A DNA stretch of 59,334 nt, filler included, from Myxococcota bacterium (GTDB lineage Bacteria > Myxococcota > Myxococcia > Myxococcales > Myxococcaceae): assembly GCA_049322255.1 (NCBI GenBank). It is 9 parts of 9 records of this genome, joined end to end, with 100 filler letters (N's around TTAATTAATTAA, not from the genome) between each part and the next. Parts side by side here need not be neighbours in the genome. Positions count along the whole stretch, not along the records: positions 6,953 to 13,754 come from JBMORE010000164.1; positions 13,855 to 20,655 come from JBMORE010000165.1; 7 more parts are not named here. One strand, written 5' to 3'. This document shows, piece by piece, positions 8,900 to 19,427 of the stretch. The translations under genes and the position numbers were made by a program. How positions within the stretch are numbered: the first letter of the stretch is position 1; the number at the start of each line of letters is the position of its first letter. The notes beneath the pieces were generated by a model that did not search any database, was not told the DNA's origin, and worked only from the letters and a program-made list of their open reading frames with translations.

Positions 8900-10363
8900 A
8901 TGAACTGCAAGCAGTGCGGACAAGCCCTCGACGGGTCGCCACACAAGTGCGTGGCGGCCTCACCCCCACCGCCGCCGCGCATCTCGGAGCACACCGTCAT
9001 CCACCACGTTCGCCCGGGCGAGCTGCTCGACCAACGCTGGCGCATCGAGACCCGCATCGGCCAGGGGGCGATGGGAGCGGTGTACGCCGGCATCGACCAG
9101 GTCAACCAGCGCAAGGTGGCGATCAAAATCCTCTCCCCCGAGCACTGCCGAAAACCCAAGGTGCTGGCGCGTTTCGAGCGCGAAGCCGCTTTGATGACCA
9201 CTTTGCGCCACCCCAACATCGTTCAGCTGTACGGGCTGGGCCGGCGGGGCGCCCTGCCCTTCATCGTGATGCAGTTCCTCCAGGGCAAGACGCTCTTCGA
9301 CACCTTGAAAGAGCGCGGCGGCAAGCTGCCTCCGGTGGAGATGCTGAACATCGTCCGCCAAATCTGCTCCGGGCTCTCCTTCATCCACCACCACGGCCTG
9401 GTGCACCGGGACATCAAGCCGCAGAACATCTTCCTCGGGCCCGACGGAAAGGTGACCATCCTCGACCTGGGGGTGGCGCGCGACAAGAGTAACCCCGGGC
9501 TGACCAAGCCAGGCGCGCTGGTGGGCACTCCCTATTACATGTCGCCGGAGCAGATCTCCGGCCACAGGGAGATTGACCGGCGCACCGACGTCTACGCCCT
9601 GGGCGCGGTGGTCTTCGAGCTGCTCACCGGCACCCCGCCCTTCGTGGGCAACAACAACTTCGAGGTCCTGCGCGCCCACCGCACCCAGCCTCCCCCCAGC
9701 GCCTCGGAGCGCTCCGCCTTCGTCCCCAAGCCCGTGTCCGAAATCATCGAGCGCGCGTTGGCGAAGAACCCCGACGACCGGCCGCAGAACGTGCACGAGC
9801 TGCTCGTGGACATCGAAGCCAACTGGAACCTGGAGGGCGAAGCGACCAACCCCGGCTTCTCCATCGACTTCGAGAAGCGCAAAGTGGCGACGGCGAAGGC
9901 CAAGCCGCGTTCCTCCCCGCGGCCTCCAGCCAAGAAGTCACTTCCGGCGCCCGACACCCTGGGCGAGCCATCGATGGTCGACTCGGGCGAGGTGGAGCTT
10001 TTGTCCTCCGACCCTATGGAAAAAACCCTCGGAAGCGATGGCGACGACCAGGCCCCGGAGGGAGCGAGCACTTCAGAGGGGAGCGACCCGGAAAACACGG
10101 TGCAGGAGTCGGGAGAGCTGCGCATCATCACCACCGTGAACCGCCTCACCTCGAGCGCCACCTTGTTCGTCGACGGCGAAAAGAAGGGTGGAACCCCGGT
10201 GTCTTTGCAGCTGCCAGCAGGGACACACGAGATTCGCATCGAGCGGGCCGGCTTCAGGCCAGAGAAGCGGCAGGTCTCGGTCACCGCCGATCAGGTGACG
10301 CTGCTTCGGCTCGAGCTGGAGAAGGCCGACGCCCACGCGGCCCCCAAACGTCGAGGCGGTTGA
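8900..10363 (+). CDS. Hanks-type Ser/Thr protein kinase with C-terminal PEGA domain
   Basis: IGQGAMG, VAIK, HRDIKPQN, DLG, GTPYYMSPEQ, DVYALG. C-terminal LFVDG..GGTP..L.LPAGTHEIRIER.GF (PEGA). Confidence 0.95.
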   Translation: MNCKQCGQALDGSPHKCVAASPPPPPRISEHTVIHHVRPGELLDQRWRIETRIGQGAMGAVYAGIDQVNQRKVAIKILSPEHCRKPKVLARFEREAALMTTLRHPNIVQLYGLGRRGALPFIVMQFLQGKTLFDTLKERGGKLPPVEMLNIVRQICSGLSFIHHHGLVHRDIKPQNIFLGPDGKVTILDLGVARDKSNPGLTKPGALVGTPYYMSPEQISGHREIDRRTDVYALGAVVFELLTGTPPFVGNNNFEVLRAHRTQPPPSASERSAFVPKPVSEIIERALAKNPDDRPQNVHELLVDIEANWNLEGEATNPGFSIDFEKRKVATAKAKPRSSPRPPAKKSLPAPDTLGEPSMVDSGEVELLSSDPMEKTLGSDGDDQAPEGASTSEGSDPENTVQESGELRIITTVNRLTSSATLFVDGEKKGGTPVSLQLPAGTHEIRIERAGFRPEKRQVSVTADQVTLLRLELEKADAHAAPKRRGG

Positions 10364-10376
10364 GCCGTTCGAGGGC

Positions 10377-11633
10377 TCACCCCTTGGCCGCCCCCTCGCT
10401 CTGAACCTGACGCGGCAGCCGCACCCGAAAAAGTGCCCCCGCGCCCCGCTGGCTCTCCACCTCCACCACGCCCCCGTGCATGACGGTCAGCTCCTTGACC
10501 AGCGCCAACCCGATGCCGGTGCCGCGTAACCCATGCGCGGACGCCGTGGTGGTGAAGCGTTCGAACACCCGCGGCAGGTCCTCTGGGGAAATACCCTCCC
10601 CGTCGTCTTCCACCTCCAGCCTCACTTCCTCCGCCCCCTCGACCACGCGCACCCTCACCTGCCCCCCGTTCGGGGTGAACTTGAGGGCGTTGGAGAGGAG
10701 GTTTCGCACAATCGTCTCCAGCTTGTCCGGGTCGGCGACGATGGGCGAGCACGACCCGCACTCGAGCTGGAGGCGAATCGCCTTGCGGTCGGCCACCGGC
10801 GTGTGCTGGCGCAACAACCCCTGGAGGAAGGCGTCGAGGTCGATGGGCACGACGGCCAACTGCACCTTGCCCGCATCGAGGCGGGCCAGGTCGAGCACGT
10901 CGTTGAGAAGCTCGAGCAACCGCGCCGCGTTCGACTGCGCCGCCGTCAGGTTGACCTGCACCCGCGCCGGCAGCTCGCTCCACGACTTTTCACGCACCAG
11001 CTCCAGCGCCGACATGATGACCGAGAGGGGGGTGCGTAGCTCGTGGCTGGCATTGGCGAAAAAGCCCTCGAGGGCGGTGCGCGCATCGAACTCGCGGCGG
11101 CGAAGCCGCGCTCCGAAGTAGCTGGCCACCACCGCGACGAGCGAGCCGTTCACCAGGAAGTACACCGCGGCAAAGAACGAGGGAAAATCGAACGTCGTCG
11201 TCTGCCCAAGGGCGGGAAGCGCGTACAGGCCGATGATGCCCAGGCAGGCGACGAGCATCTCCTTCACCCCCCAGGGAAAGAGGAGCCCGGCCGCCACGAT
11301 GACCACCATCAGTCCCGGGTAGTACGCCGAGCGCGACGCCCCGGTGTTGTAAATGAGCACCTCCACCCCGGCGCTCACCCACCACACCAACGCCACCGAG
11401 GACACGCGGGCGAAGCTCGCTGCTGACGGCAAATAGGTCAGGCCCACCAGCGCCAGGGCTCCGGCTGCAAACAAAAGGCGCATCCCGAGGAAAAAACTCA
11501 CCCACTCGGGGTACACCACCCAGTCGATGACCCAACCCGCCGGCACCAGCACCGCGGCCAAACAACCACCCAACCGCACACGCGACAGGAGCAACTGGCG
11601 AACGTCGACCTCATAGCGCGCAGCAGGTGTCAT
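10377..11633 (-). CDS. Membrane sensor histidine kinase (5-6 TM, HisKA, HATPase_c)
   Basis: SHELRTPL, NLLSNALKFT, DDGEGI, GTGIGL. Hydrophobic N-terminal half. Confidence 0.93.
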   Translation of the reverse strand: MTPAARYEVDVRQLLLSRVRLGGCLAAVLVPAGWVIDWVVYPEWVSFFLGMRLLFAAGALALVGLTYLPSAASFARVSSVALVWWVSAGVEVLIYNTGASRSAYYPGLMVVIVAAGLLFPWGVKEMLVACLGIIGLYALPALGQTTTFDFPSFFAAVYFLVNGSLVAVVASYFGARLRRREFDARTALEGFFANASHELRTPLSVIMSALELVREKSWSELPARVQVNLTAAQSNAARLLELLNDVLDLARLDAGKVQLAVVPIDLDAFLQGLLRQHTPVADRKAIRLQLECGSCSPIVADPDKLETIVRNLLSNALKFTPNGGQVRVRVVEGAEEVRLEVEDDGEGISPEDLPRVFERFTTTASAHGLRGTGIGLALVKELTVMHGGVVEVESQRGAGALFRVRLPRQVQSEGAAKG

Positions 11634-11686
11634 CTCGTCGTGATTTTCGGACTATCATAGTTTCCCGGCTTCCATCGGGAGAAACC

Positions 11687-13141
11687 ATGCCGAACATCGT
11701 CGTGGTGGGAGGAGGGCTGGCAGGAATACTGACGGCGCGGGAGCTCGCCCTCAAGGGACTGCCGGTGACGCTGCTCGAGGGCGCGCCGCGCCTGGGAGGA
11801 AAGGCCGGGGCCGACCTCGTCGGCGGCCAGTGGCGCGAGCACGGCTACCACATCTTCCCCGCCTGGTACGTCAACCTGCGCGCGCTGCTCGCCGAGCTGG
11901 GCATCTTACTCATCGACTTCGACCGCTGGCACTACATCGAACCAGGAGGGCTTTCCCACCCGCGAACCATGCAGGTGCCCGACGGCCCCCTGGCCGCATT
12001 GCGCGTTTTGCGCACCGGGCTTCTGCCTTGGCAGCACACTCTCCTCTACTGGTACTTCGTGCTCGACATGCTGGGCGAGCCGCTCTCGCGCAAGGCGCTG
12101 CTCGACCAGGTCAGCCGCGTGGGCATGATGCGCGGCCGCTGGTACATGACCGACCGCATTCCCGAGCTCGAGTCGGAGAACGTCCTCAAGGCCAGCGCCA
12201 TCCCCGTCTACGACATGTCGGCGATGACCGCGAAAATCATCTCCGCCTTCTGGGTGCGCGCGCCGCTGCCTTTCCTCTCCATTCTCCCGGGGAACCTGCA
12301 ACAGCAGCTCATCGACCCCCTCGCCGCCAGCCTGCCGCCCTCGGTGACGGTGAAGCTCGAGGAGAAGGTGCTGAAGGTGAACGCTGCGGGCAGCCGGGTC
12401 GGCTCGGTCACCGCCCAGGATGGCGGCGGCTCCACCCGCAACTACCCCACCGACGCCGTGGTGCTGACCACTCCCCTGGAGGTGACCCGCACCCTCATTC
12501 AGGCCGACGTGCAAAGACTCGACCCCGACTTGGGCGACTTCGAGCACCTGCAAGCGGCACCGATGGCCGCCTTACACCTCACTTTGAACCGTGTGCTCCC
12601 GGGGGTGCCCAAGGAGCACGTCTTCCTCCACGGGGGCCGCTACGGCCTCTCCTTCATCGACTTGGCGCCCCACTGGGGGCTTCCCACCACCACCCTTTCC
12701 TTCATCTCCTCGAACTTCGTGCCGTTGCGCGATTTGCCACCGGCCAGCCAATACGAGGCTCTCTTCGAGGAGATTTCCCGCTACCTGGGCATCGGCCTCG
12801 CCGACGTCGACTCGCACGAGCTTCGCCCCAACGTGGAGACCCCGCTGTTCATCAACACCATCGGCGCCTGGCCCAACCGCCCCGAGGTGCGCGCCCAAAG
12901 AATCGACAACCTCTTCTTCGCCGGCGATTGGGTGCGCAACGTCGTCGACTTGGCGTGCATGGAGGGCGCGGTGGCCTCCGCCCTCGAAGCTGCCAAGGCG
13001 GTGGGCGAGCACTTGGGCGTGGGCGGCTTTGCCGGGGCGGCGACCCCCAAGCGTTACCCGCCGCTCGCCCTGCGGCTTTTCAAGTGGGCGCTCACTCCAG
13101 CGATGGTGCCCGTCTGGCTGTACGCCAAGCTCCGCGGTTGA
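11687..13141 (+). CDS. FAD-dependent oxidoreductase (amine oxidase / carotenoid desaturase superfamily)
   Basis: VVGGGLAG, RLGGKA, EHGYHIF, NLFFAGDW, MEGAV motifs. Confidence 0.88.
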   Translation: MPNIVVVGGGLAGILTARELALKGLPVTLLEGAPRLGGKAGADLVGGQWREHGYHIFPAWYVNLRALLAELGILLIDFDRWHYIEPGGLSHPRTMQVPDGPLAALRVLRTGLLPWQHTLLYWYFVLDMLGEPLSRKALLDQVSRVGMMRGRWYMTDRIPELESENVLKASAIPVYDMSAMTAKIISAFWVRAPLPFLSILPGNLQQQLIDPLAASLPPSVTVKLEEKVLKVNAAGSRVGSVTAQDGGGSTRNYPTDAVVLTTPLEVTRTLIQADVQRLDPDLGDFEHLQAAPMAALHLTLNRVLPGVPKEHVFLHGGRYGLSFIDLAPHWGLPTTTLSFISSNFVPLRDLPPASQYEALFEEISRYLGIGLADVDSHELRPNVETPLFINTIGAWPNRPEVRAQRIDNLFFAGDWVRNVVDLACMEGAVASALEAAKAVGEHLGVGGFAGAATPKRYPPLALRLFKWALTPAMVPVWLYAKLRG

Positions 13142-13199
13142 CGTTGCCCGCGCGGGCGGCCGGCCGCATCTGAAGGGCAACTCTCGAACGGAGGTGGTC

Positions 13200-13754
13200 A
13201 TGACCCGCGCCCTTCTCGTCGTCGCCGCCGTCCTCGCCGTCGCCACCCCCGCGCTCGCCCGGGTGCTCGAAGGAGTCTCCATGCCCGACCAAGTCGAGCG
13301 GCAGGGCACCGAGCTCATCCTCAACGGCATGGGGCTGCGCAAGAGGCTGGTCTTCGACGTCTACGTGGCCGGGCTCTATGTGGAAACGCCTTCGAAGAAT
13401 CCCCAGGAGCTCATTCGCTCCGACCAGACCAAACACATCCAGCTCTTCATGCTGCGCGACCTCGACGCCCAGCAGGTGGCGCGCGCGATTCGCGAGGGGT
13501 TCGAGAAGAACTCGGCCGCCCAGATGGACCAACTCGAGGGCCGGCTGCGTCAGCTCTCCGGCGCGCTCGAGGACGTCAAGCGCGGCGAGGTGCTGAGCCT
13601 GACCTACGTACCCGGAGAGGGCACCACCCTCGCCTCGAAAGGAGAAAAGCTCACCGTCATCGAAGGCGAGGATTTCGCCCACGCCCTCTTCCGCGTGTGG
13701 CTGGGAGAAAACCCGGTGGACCGGGGGCTCAAGCGAGGGCTCTTGGGGTACTAG
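13200..13754 (+). CDS. Periplasmic chalcone-isomerase-like (Chalcone_3) protein
   Basis: GGAGG RBS; signal peptide; LNGMGLRK..FDVYVAGLY; FAHALF.VWLGE.PVD..LK..LLG. Confidence 0.9.
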   Translation: MTRALLVVAAVLAVATPALARVLEGVSMPDQVERQGTELILNGMGLRKRLVFDVYVAGLYVETPSKNPQELIRSDQTKHIQLFMLRDLDAQQVARAIREGFEKNSAAQMDQLEGRLRQLSGALEDVKRGEVLSLTYVPGEGTTLASKGEKLTVIEGEDFAHALFRVWLGENPVDRGLKRGLLGY

Positions 13755-13854
13755 NNNNNNNNNNNNNNNNNNNNNNNNNNNNNNNNNNNNNNNNNNNNTT
13801 AATTAATTAANNNNNNNNNNNNNNNNNNNNNNNNNNNNNNNNNNNNNNNNNNNN
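13755..13854. other. Artificial contig spacer
   Basis: N44-TTAATTAATTAA-N44. Confidence 0.99.
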
Positions 13855-14024
13855 TCAATCTGCGCATCTTCCTCAAGCCGCCCGCCACGCTGAGCGACTT
13901 GGCCAAGGCCGGCCGCCACGACCCGTGCATTCTTCCCCGCGCGGTGCCGGTGTTCGAAGCGATGGCGGCGCTCGTCGTCGCAGACGCGTGGCTCTCCTAC
14001 CTCGCGCGGCCGCACCGAGCATGA
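13855..14024 (+). CDS. aroC: Chorismate synthase, C-terminal fragment
   Basis: Hand translation [12 protein letters not shown]...[25 protein letters not shown]. Stop overlaps the aroB ATG (ATGA). Not in the ORF track. Confidence 0.93.
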
Positions 14025-15028
14025 ACGCGCCCGGCGCCTACGTCCGATGCCGCGATCGCTTTGGCCGGTTCGACGCCCTCGCCCGAACGCTGCCGGCCGA
14101 GTCGCTGGCGGTGGTCGACCGCCGCGTCGCGCGGCTTCATCCGCACGTGGTGGCGGCGGTGGGCGAACGGTGCGAAGTCACACCCTCGGAGCGCTCGAAA
14201 TCGCTCGCTGTGCTCGCGAAGGTGCTGTCTTCTGCACGGCGCCTTCCGCGCTCGGGCACCTTGGTGGCGATCGGCGGGGGCACGGTGGGAGACCTCGCCA
14301 CCGTGGCGGCGCACCTCATCAAGCGCGGCGTGCGGCTCATCCACGTGCCCACCACCGCGCTCGCCGCCGTCGACAGCTCCCTGGGCGGCAAAGGCGCCCT
14401 GCACGTGGGCGGAATCAAGAACGCCGCCGGCGTCTTCCACTACCCGGCCGAGTGCTGGCTCTGCCCCGAGCTGTTCTCCTCGCTCTCAGCGGCCCACTGG
14501 CGTGAGGGGGAGATCGAGGCGCTCAAGATGGCGGCATGTCTGGCACCCGCGCTGTTCCGCCATTGGGCGCGTCGCCGCCCGTCGTTCGCCTCGTGGGTCA
14601 AGGCAGCTCGCGCGCTCAAGGAAGAGGTGTGCGCGGCCGACCCGTACGAAAAGCTCGGCCGCCGCGAGGTGCTCAACTTCGGCCATACCTTCGGCCACGC
14701 GCTGGAGAGCGTCTCTGGCTTTCGGCTGTCCCACGGTGACGCGGTGGGTTTGGGCATGCTCTGCGCGCTCGACGTGGGCCGATGCCTGGGGGTGACGCCG
14801 GAATCGGTCGCGCGCGAAGTGGAGAACGGGCTGCCGGCGCGACGCGCCCATTTGGTGCGGTGGCTCGGCGGAGTCGGACGCGAGCGAATTCGTTCCATCG
14901 TCGAAGCGGACAAGAAAGGCCCTCGCATGGTGCTGCTTTGCGCGCTCGGGAGGGCCAAGCTGCATGAGGTGACGCCTCGAGAATGGTTTCCCCTCTTCGC
15001 CGCTTGGCAAAAGGGCCGTCGGCCGTGA
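14021..15028 (+). CDS. aroB: 3-dehydroquinate synthase
   Basis: [52 protein letters not shown]. Confidence 0.95.
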   Translation: MNAPGAYVRCRDRFGRFDALARTLPAESLAVVDRRVARLHPHVVAAVGERCEVTPSERSKSLAVLAKVLSSARRLPRSGTLVAIGGGTVGDLATVAAHLIKRGVRLIHVPTTALAAVDSSLGGKGALHVGGIKNAAGVFHYPAECWLCPELFSSLSAAHWREGEIEALKMAACLAPALFRHWARRRPSFASWVKAARALKEEVCAADPYEKLGRREVLNFGHTFGHALESVSGFRLSHGDAVGLGMLCALDVGRCLGVTPESVAREVENGLPARRAHLVRWLGGVGRERIRSIVEADKKGPRMVLLCALGRAKLHEVTPREWFPLFAAWQKGRRP

Positions 15029-16269
15029 GCGCCATTCGCATCGACCCCGGCTCGCTTCTCCCGGCGGTTTTTCATGCTCCTCCCTCGAAGTCAGACGCCA
15101 TTCGCGCGCGGGTGCTCGCGCATGCGCTCGGCACCTCCTGGCCGACAGAAAGCTCTCCACAGCCGGAGGATGTCGCCATCACCGAGCGAGCTCTGCGTCA
15201 GCTTCACGGGGACATCGACTGCGGCGACGGCGGCGCTCCCTTTCGCTTCTTGCTCGCGCAGGCCGCGGTGACGCCCGGGGCGCAGGTGCGCTTCTTTGGC
15301 TCGGCGCGGCTGGGCGCACGTCCGCACGGTCCACTTCTCGAAGCGCTGCGCGCGGCGGGAGCCCGCATCCAGCTCGGCCGGCCGTGGCCCATCGAGGTCG
15401 CGGGAGCGATTCCCTCCACTCGGAGATTTCGCGTCGAAGGCCTGCAGAGCAGCCAGTTCGCCTCGAGCCTCCTTTTGGCCGCCGTCGCCTGTGCGCGGCG
15501 CACGGGTGCGGAATGGATGCTGGAGCTTGCGGGTCCGCTCGCCAGCCGCGGTTACTTCGAGCTGACGCTCGAGTGGGTGCGCCGGGCGGGGGTGCGCGTT
15601 TTCGTCGGTGAGAACCTGGTGGAGGTAGGCGTTCCGCGTTCCCTCACCCCGACCTTCTCCCAGGGGGAGAGGGGGGATTGGTCGGGGGCCGCGTTCTTAC
15701 TTTTGCTGGCATGGCGAACGGGCGGCGTGGTGCAGGGGCTTGCTCGGTGCGGGCATCCGGATGAGCACGTCCTCCGAGTACTGGAATCGGTGGGGCTGTC
15801 CGTCGATCTTCAAGGGATCGGGGTGCGTGGGGAAGGTCGGGCCGGCGTCGAGCTCTCCGCGAGTCAGTGCCCTGACCTCGTCCCTCCCCTGTGCGCGCTG
15901 GCTTGCGTGCTGCCTGCTCCGTCGCGCTTCGCCGACGTCGAAGTGCTCCGGTTCAAGGAAAGCGACCGGCTGGAGGGTCTTCGGCGGCTCCTCTCCTCCG
16001 CCGGAGGAAAGACGGAGCTGCGCTGCGACACGCTCACGGTGTGGCCCATCGAAAAGCCGCGGCCTTTTTCCGTCTTTCCCGAGAGCGACCACCGTATGGC
16101 CATGACCGCGGCGACGCTTGCGGTGCTCCTGGGTGTCCCCGCCGTGGTGCACCAGCCCGAGTGTGTGTCGAAGAGCTTCCCCACTTTCTGGGAAGAGCTC
16201 AGTCTCTGTGGCGCAACGAGTCGTTGCTATGATAGCGCGCGGCCTTTTGAGGAGGATTTGGCTTTTTGA
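15025..16269 (+). CDS. aroA: EPSP synthase (divergent)
   Basis: PSKS, SSQFASSLL, GDWS, CPDL, LRFKESDRL, DHRMAM, VSKSFP.FW. GTG overlaps the aroB stop. Confidence 0.92.
   Translation: MSAIRIDPGSLLPAVFHAPPSKSDAIRARVLAHALGTSWPTESSPQPEDVAITERALRQLHGDIDCGDGGAPFRFLLAQAAVTPGAQVRFFGSARLGARPHGPLLEALRAAGARIQLGRPWPIEVAGAIPSTRRFRVEGLQSSQFASSLLLAAVACARRTGAEWMLELAGPLASRGYFELTLEWVRRAGVRVFVGENLVEVGVPRSLTPTFSQGERGDWSGAAFLLLLAWRTGGVVQGLARCGHPDEHVLRVLESVGLSVDLQGIGVRGEGRAGVELSASQCPDLVPPLCALACVLPAPSRFADVEVLRFKESDRLEGLRRLLSSAGGKTELRCDTLTVWPIEKPRPFSVFPESDHRMAMTAATLAVLLGVPAVVHQPECVSKSFPTFWEELSLCGATSRCYDSARPFEEDLAF
15641..15674 (+). repeat. REP-like palindrome, copy 2 (inside aroA, in frame)
   Basis: ccctcaccccgaccttctcccagggggagagggg matches copy 1 and is read as SLTPTFSQGERG. 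Confidence 0.75.
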
Positions 16270-16901
16270 TTCGCCTTGCCCTTGTCGTTGTTGCGATCAC
16301 ATGTTTGCTCATTGCCTGGAAGCTCGATCGAGCGCCGCCCCACGGCGTCATCGACGTTGGGTTCTTTGCCTGTAAGCGCTGTAGAAGTCTTTCAGGCGGG
16401 ATCTTTGGCAAGGGTCCCTTTAAAAATTTCAATGGCTCGCGCCGGCGGCACTGCTTTCACGACTGGGAACGGATGTCCTTGGAGGAATTTCGGGAGCGTG
16501 CTTCGCGGGACTACGGGGTGGATTGGAGCCAGGAATCAGGCTGGTGGAAGTCGCCGCTTGATCGGCTCGCCTCTCAATTTCGGCGCGAGCGCGAGACTGG
16601 TTCCGTGACACCGGGTCTTCTCGATGAGCTCGCCGCCGGGATGAATGGCTCGCAGCTGCTCGAAAGTGACGTTGAGGCCCTCTTGGGCAAGCCCGACGAC
16701 TCGTGGGTCCTCGATCCAGAAACTGCGCTTGGGATGCAGGTTCGCAACGCGTTGGCCTGGGGCGGCTCGCCTCAGCTTGAAACGTTGGATTACCGCTGTG
16801 GTCTTTCTGGAGGCGGCGCTTTGTCTTTTTGGATCATCATCGAGGCTCAACAACCTCGCCGATCGCGTTTGGCCGGATCCTGGGTTTCCCATCCGGAGTG
16901 A
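16266..16901 (+). CDS. Hypothetical protein with N-terminal TM/signal segment and a CxxC motif
   Basis: TTG start overlapping the aroA stop; visibly lower GC than flanking genes; no family recognised. Confidence 0.55.
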   Translation: MIRLALVVVAITCLLIAWKLDRAPPHGVIDVGFFACKRCRSLSGGIFGKGPFKNFNGSRRRHCFHDWERMSLEEFRERASRDYGVDWSQESGWWKSPLDRLASQFRRERETGSVTPGLLDELAAGMNGSQLLESDVEALLGKPDDSWVLDPETALGMQVRNALAWGGSPQLETLDYRCGLSGGGALSFWIIIEAQQPRRSRLAGSWVSHPE

Positions 16902-16916
16902 GCGGGGCTTCCCTCC

Positions 16917-17591
16917 TCAGCCTCGACGCCGAAACCATAGGCGTGGAAGAAACGTCACCAGCAAAAGAAGCAGCCCGGCGATGAGGGTCTGCCCGAGGGC
17001 CTTTTGCTCCGCCCCGGCCACGCCCTCGACCAAGCGGGAGGCGAAGTAGGTGTAGACGATCGTCACCGGCAAGCTGCCCAGCCCCGAGCCGATCGCGAAG
17101 TCCGAAAAACGCATCGCCGACACCCCGGCAGCCGCGTTCACCCCCACGAACGGCAGGGGCAAGAGGCGAATCACCACCATGGCCGAAACGGCGTGCCTGG
17201 CCACCTGTGTATCGAAGCGCTCGAACCGAAAACGGGTGAGCAGCCCGGCGATGCGCTGGCGCCCCAGGTGGCGCGCCGCCAGAAAGTGCAGGTGGGAAGT
17301 CACATTGACCGCCACCAGGTTGAGCAGCACCGCGTGCTCAAAGCCCCACGCGGCGCCGGCCACCATGTGGAAGAGCACGGCCGGGAAGAGCGCGGTGGTG
17401 CCCCCGACGTAGGCCGCGAAGAACGCCGGGGTCGCCCACCAGCGATGCTGCACCGAGCGCAAGAGCGAAAGCGCCGCCTTGGGGTCGAGCTCTTCGGGCA
17501 GCGCCCAGCGGGCCCCGAGCACGACGACGGCGGCGAAGAGCCCCGCAAGAAGAATGCGAATCAGCCCTTGACGTCGTCCGGCGAATTCCAC
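16917..17591 (-). CDS. TVP38/TMEM64 (DedA/SNARE-associated) membrane protein
   Basis: AGAAWG, FLAARHLGR, IRLLPLPF..VN.AAG.S.M.FSDF..GS.LG.LP. Confidence 0.88.
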   Translation of the reverse strand: MEFAGRRQGLIRILLAGLFAAVVVLGARWALPEELDPKAALSLLRSVQHRWWATPAFFAAYVGGTTALFPAVLFHMVAGAAWGFEHAVLLNLVAVNVTSHLHFLAARHLGRQRIAGLLTRFRFERFDTQVARHAVSAMVVIRLLPLPFVGVNAAAGVSAMRFSDFAIGSGLGSLPVTIVYTYFASRLVEGVAGAEQKALGQTLIAGLLLLLVTFLPRLWFRRRG

Positions 17592-17671
17592 GTGCGCAAG
17601 ATGGCGCTCCCCAGGGGCGGGCGCCTCCTTTTTTTGTTGAATCCCGCGCGCGGCCGGTGGAAATCCACTCC

Positions 17672-18964
<1,293 letters not shown>

Positions 18965-19025
18965 GCGTCGTTCGCTGAGGCAACCGTTGACAGCCTCCGG
19001 GGGCCTTTGTATCTCGCGCCCGTCC

Positions 19026-19370
19026 ATGACAATCGACTTCACCTGTCAGAAGTGCGAGGGAAGCTTCGAGCTCGACGCGCAGGACCTGATCGACGGCTCG
19101 GAAAAGCTGGAGTGCCCCAACTGCGGCGCCAAGGCGCCGTCGAGCATGGTCGAGGACTTCACCTCGGCGCTCTCCGAGCTCAAAGCGCGGGTGGCCACGC
19201 TCTCCAAGCGCTTCGCGGTCAACCTGGCGGTGGAAACCGAGGAGCTCGACGAAGGGCTCGAGGACGAAGGCGAGAGCGACGAGGAAGAGGGAGAAGACGA
19301 GCTCGATTTCGACGAAGACGACGAGGACGAAGAAGACGAGCGCGAAGACGAGGACATGGACGACCGCTGA
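19026..19370 (+). CDS. Zinc-ribbon protein with very acidic C-terminal tail
   Basis: CQKC and CPNC motifs; the last ~40 residues are mostly D/E. Confidence 0.8.
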   Translation: MTIDFTCQKCEGSFELDAQDLIDGSEKLECPNCGAKAPSSMVEDFTSALSELKARVATLSKRFAVNLAVETEELDEGLEDEGESDEEEGEDELDFDEDDEDEEDEREDEDMDDR

Positions 19371-19427
19371 GCGGCCGGGCGGGCGTCGGCGCGCTGCGCC
19401 CCCGGGTACGGTGCGTATGTTTGCCGG

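Noticed and set aside
17612..17640. GC-rich stretch plus T7 upstream of gltA as a terminator/attenuator
   Set aside because: The stem pairs poorly; more likely promoter-region sequence between divergent genes.
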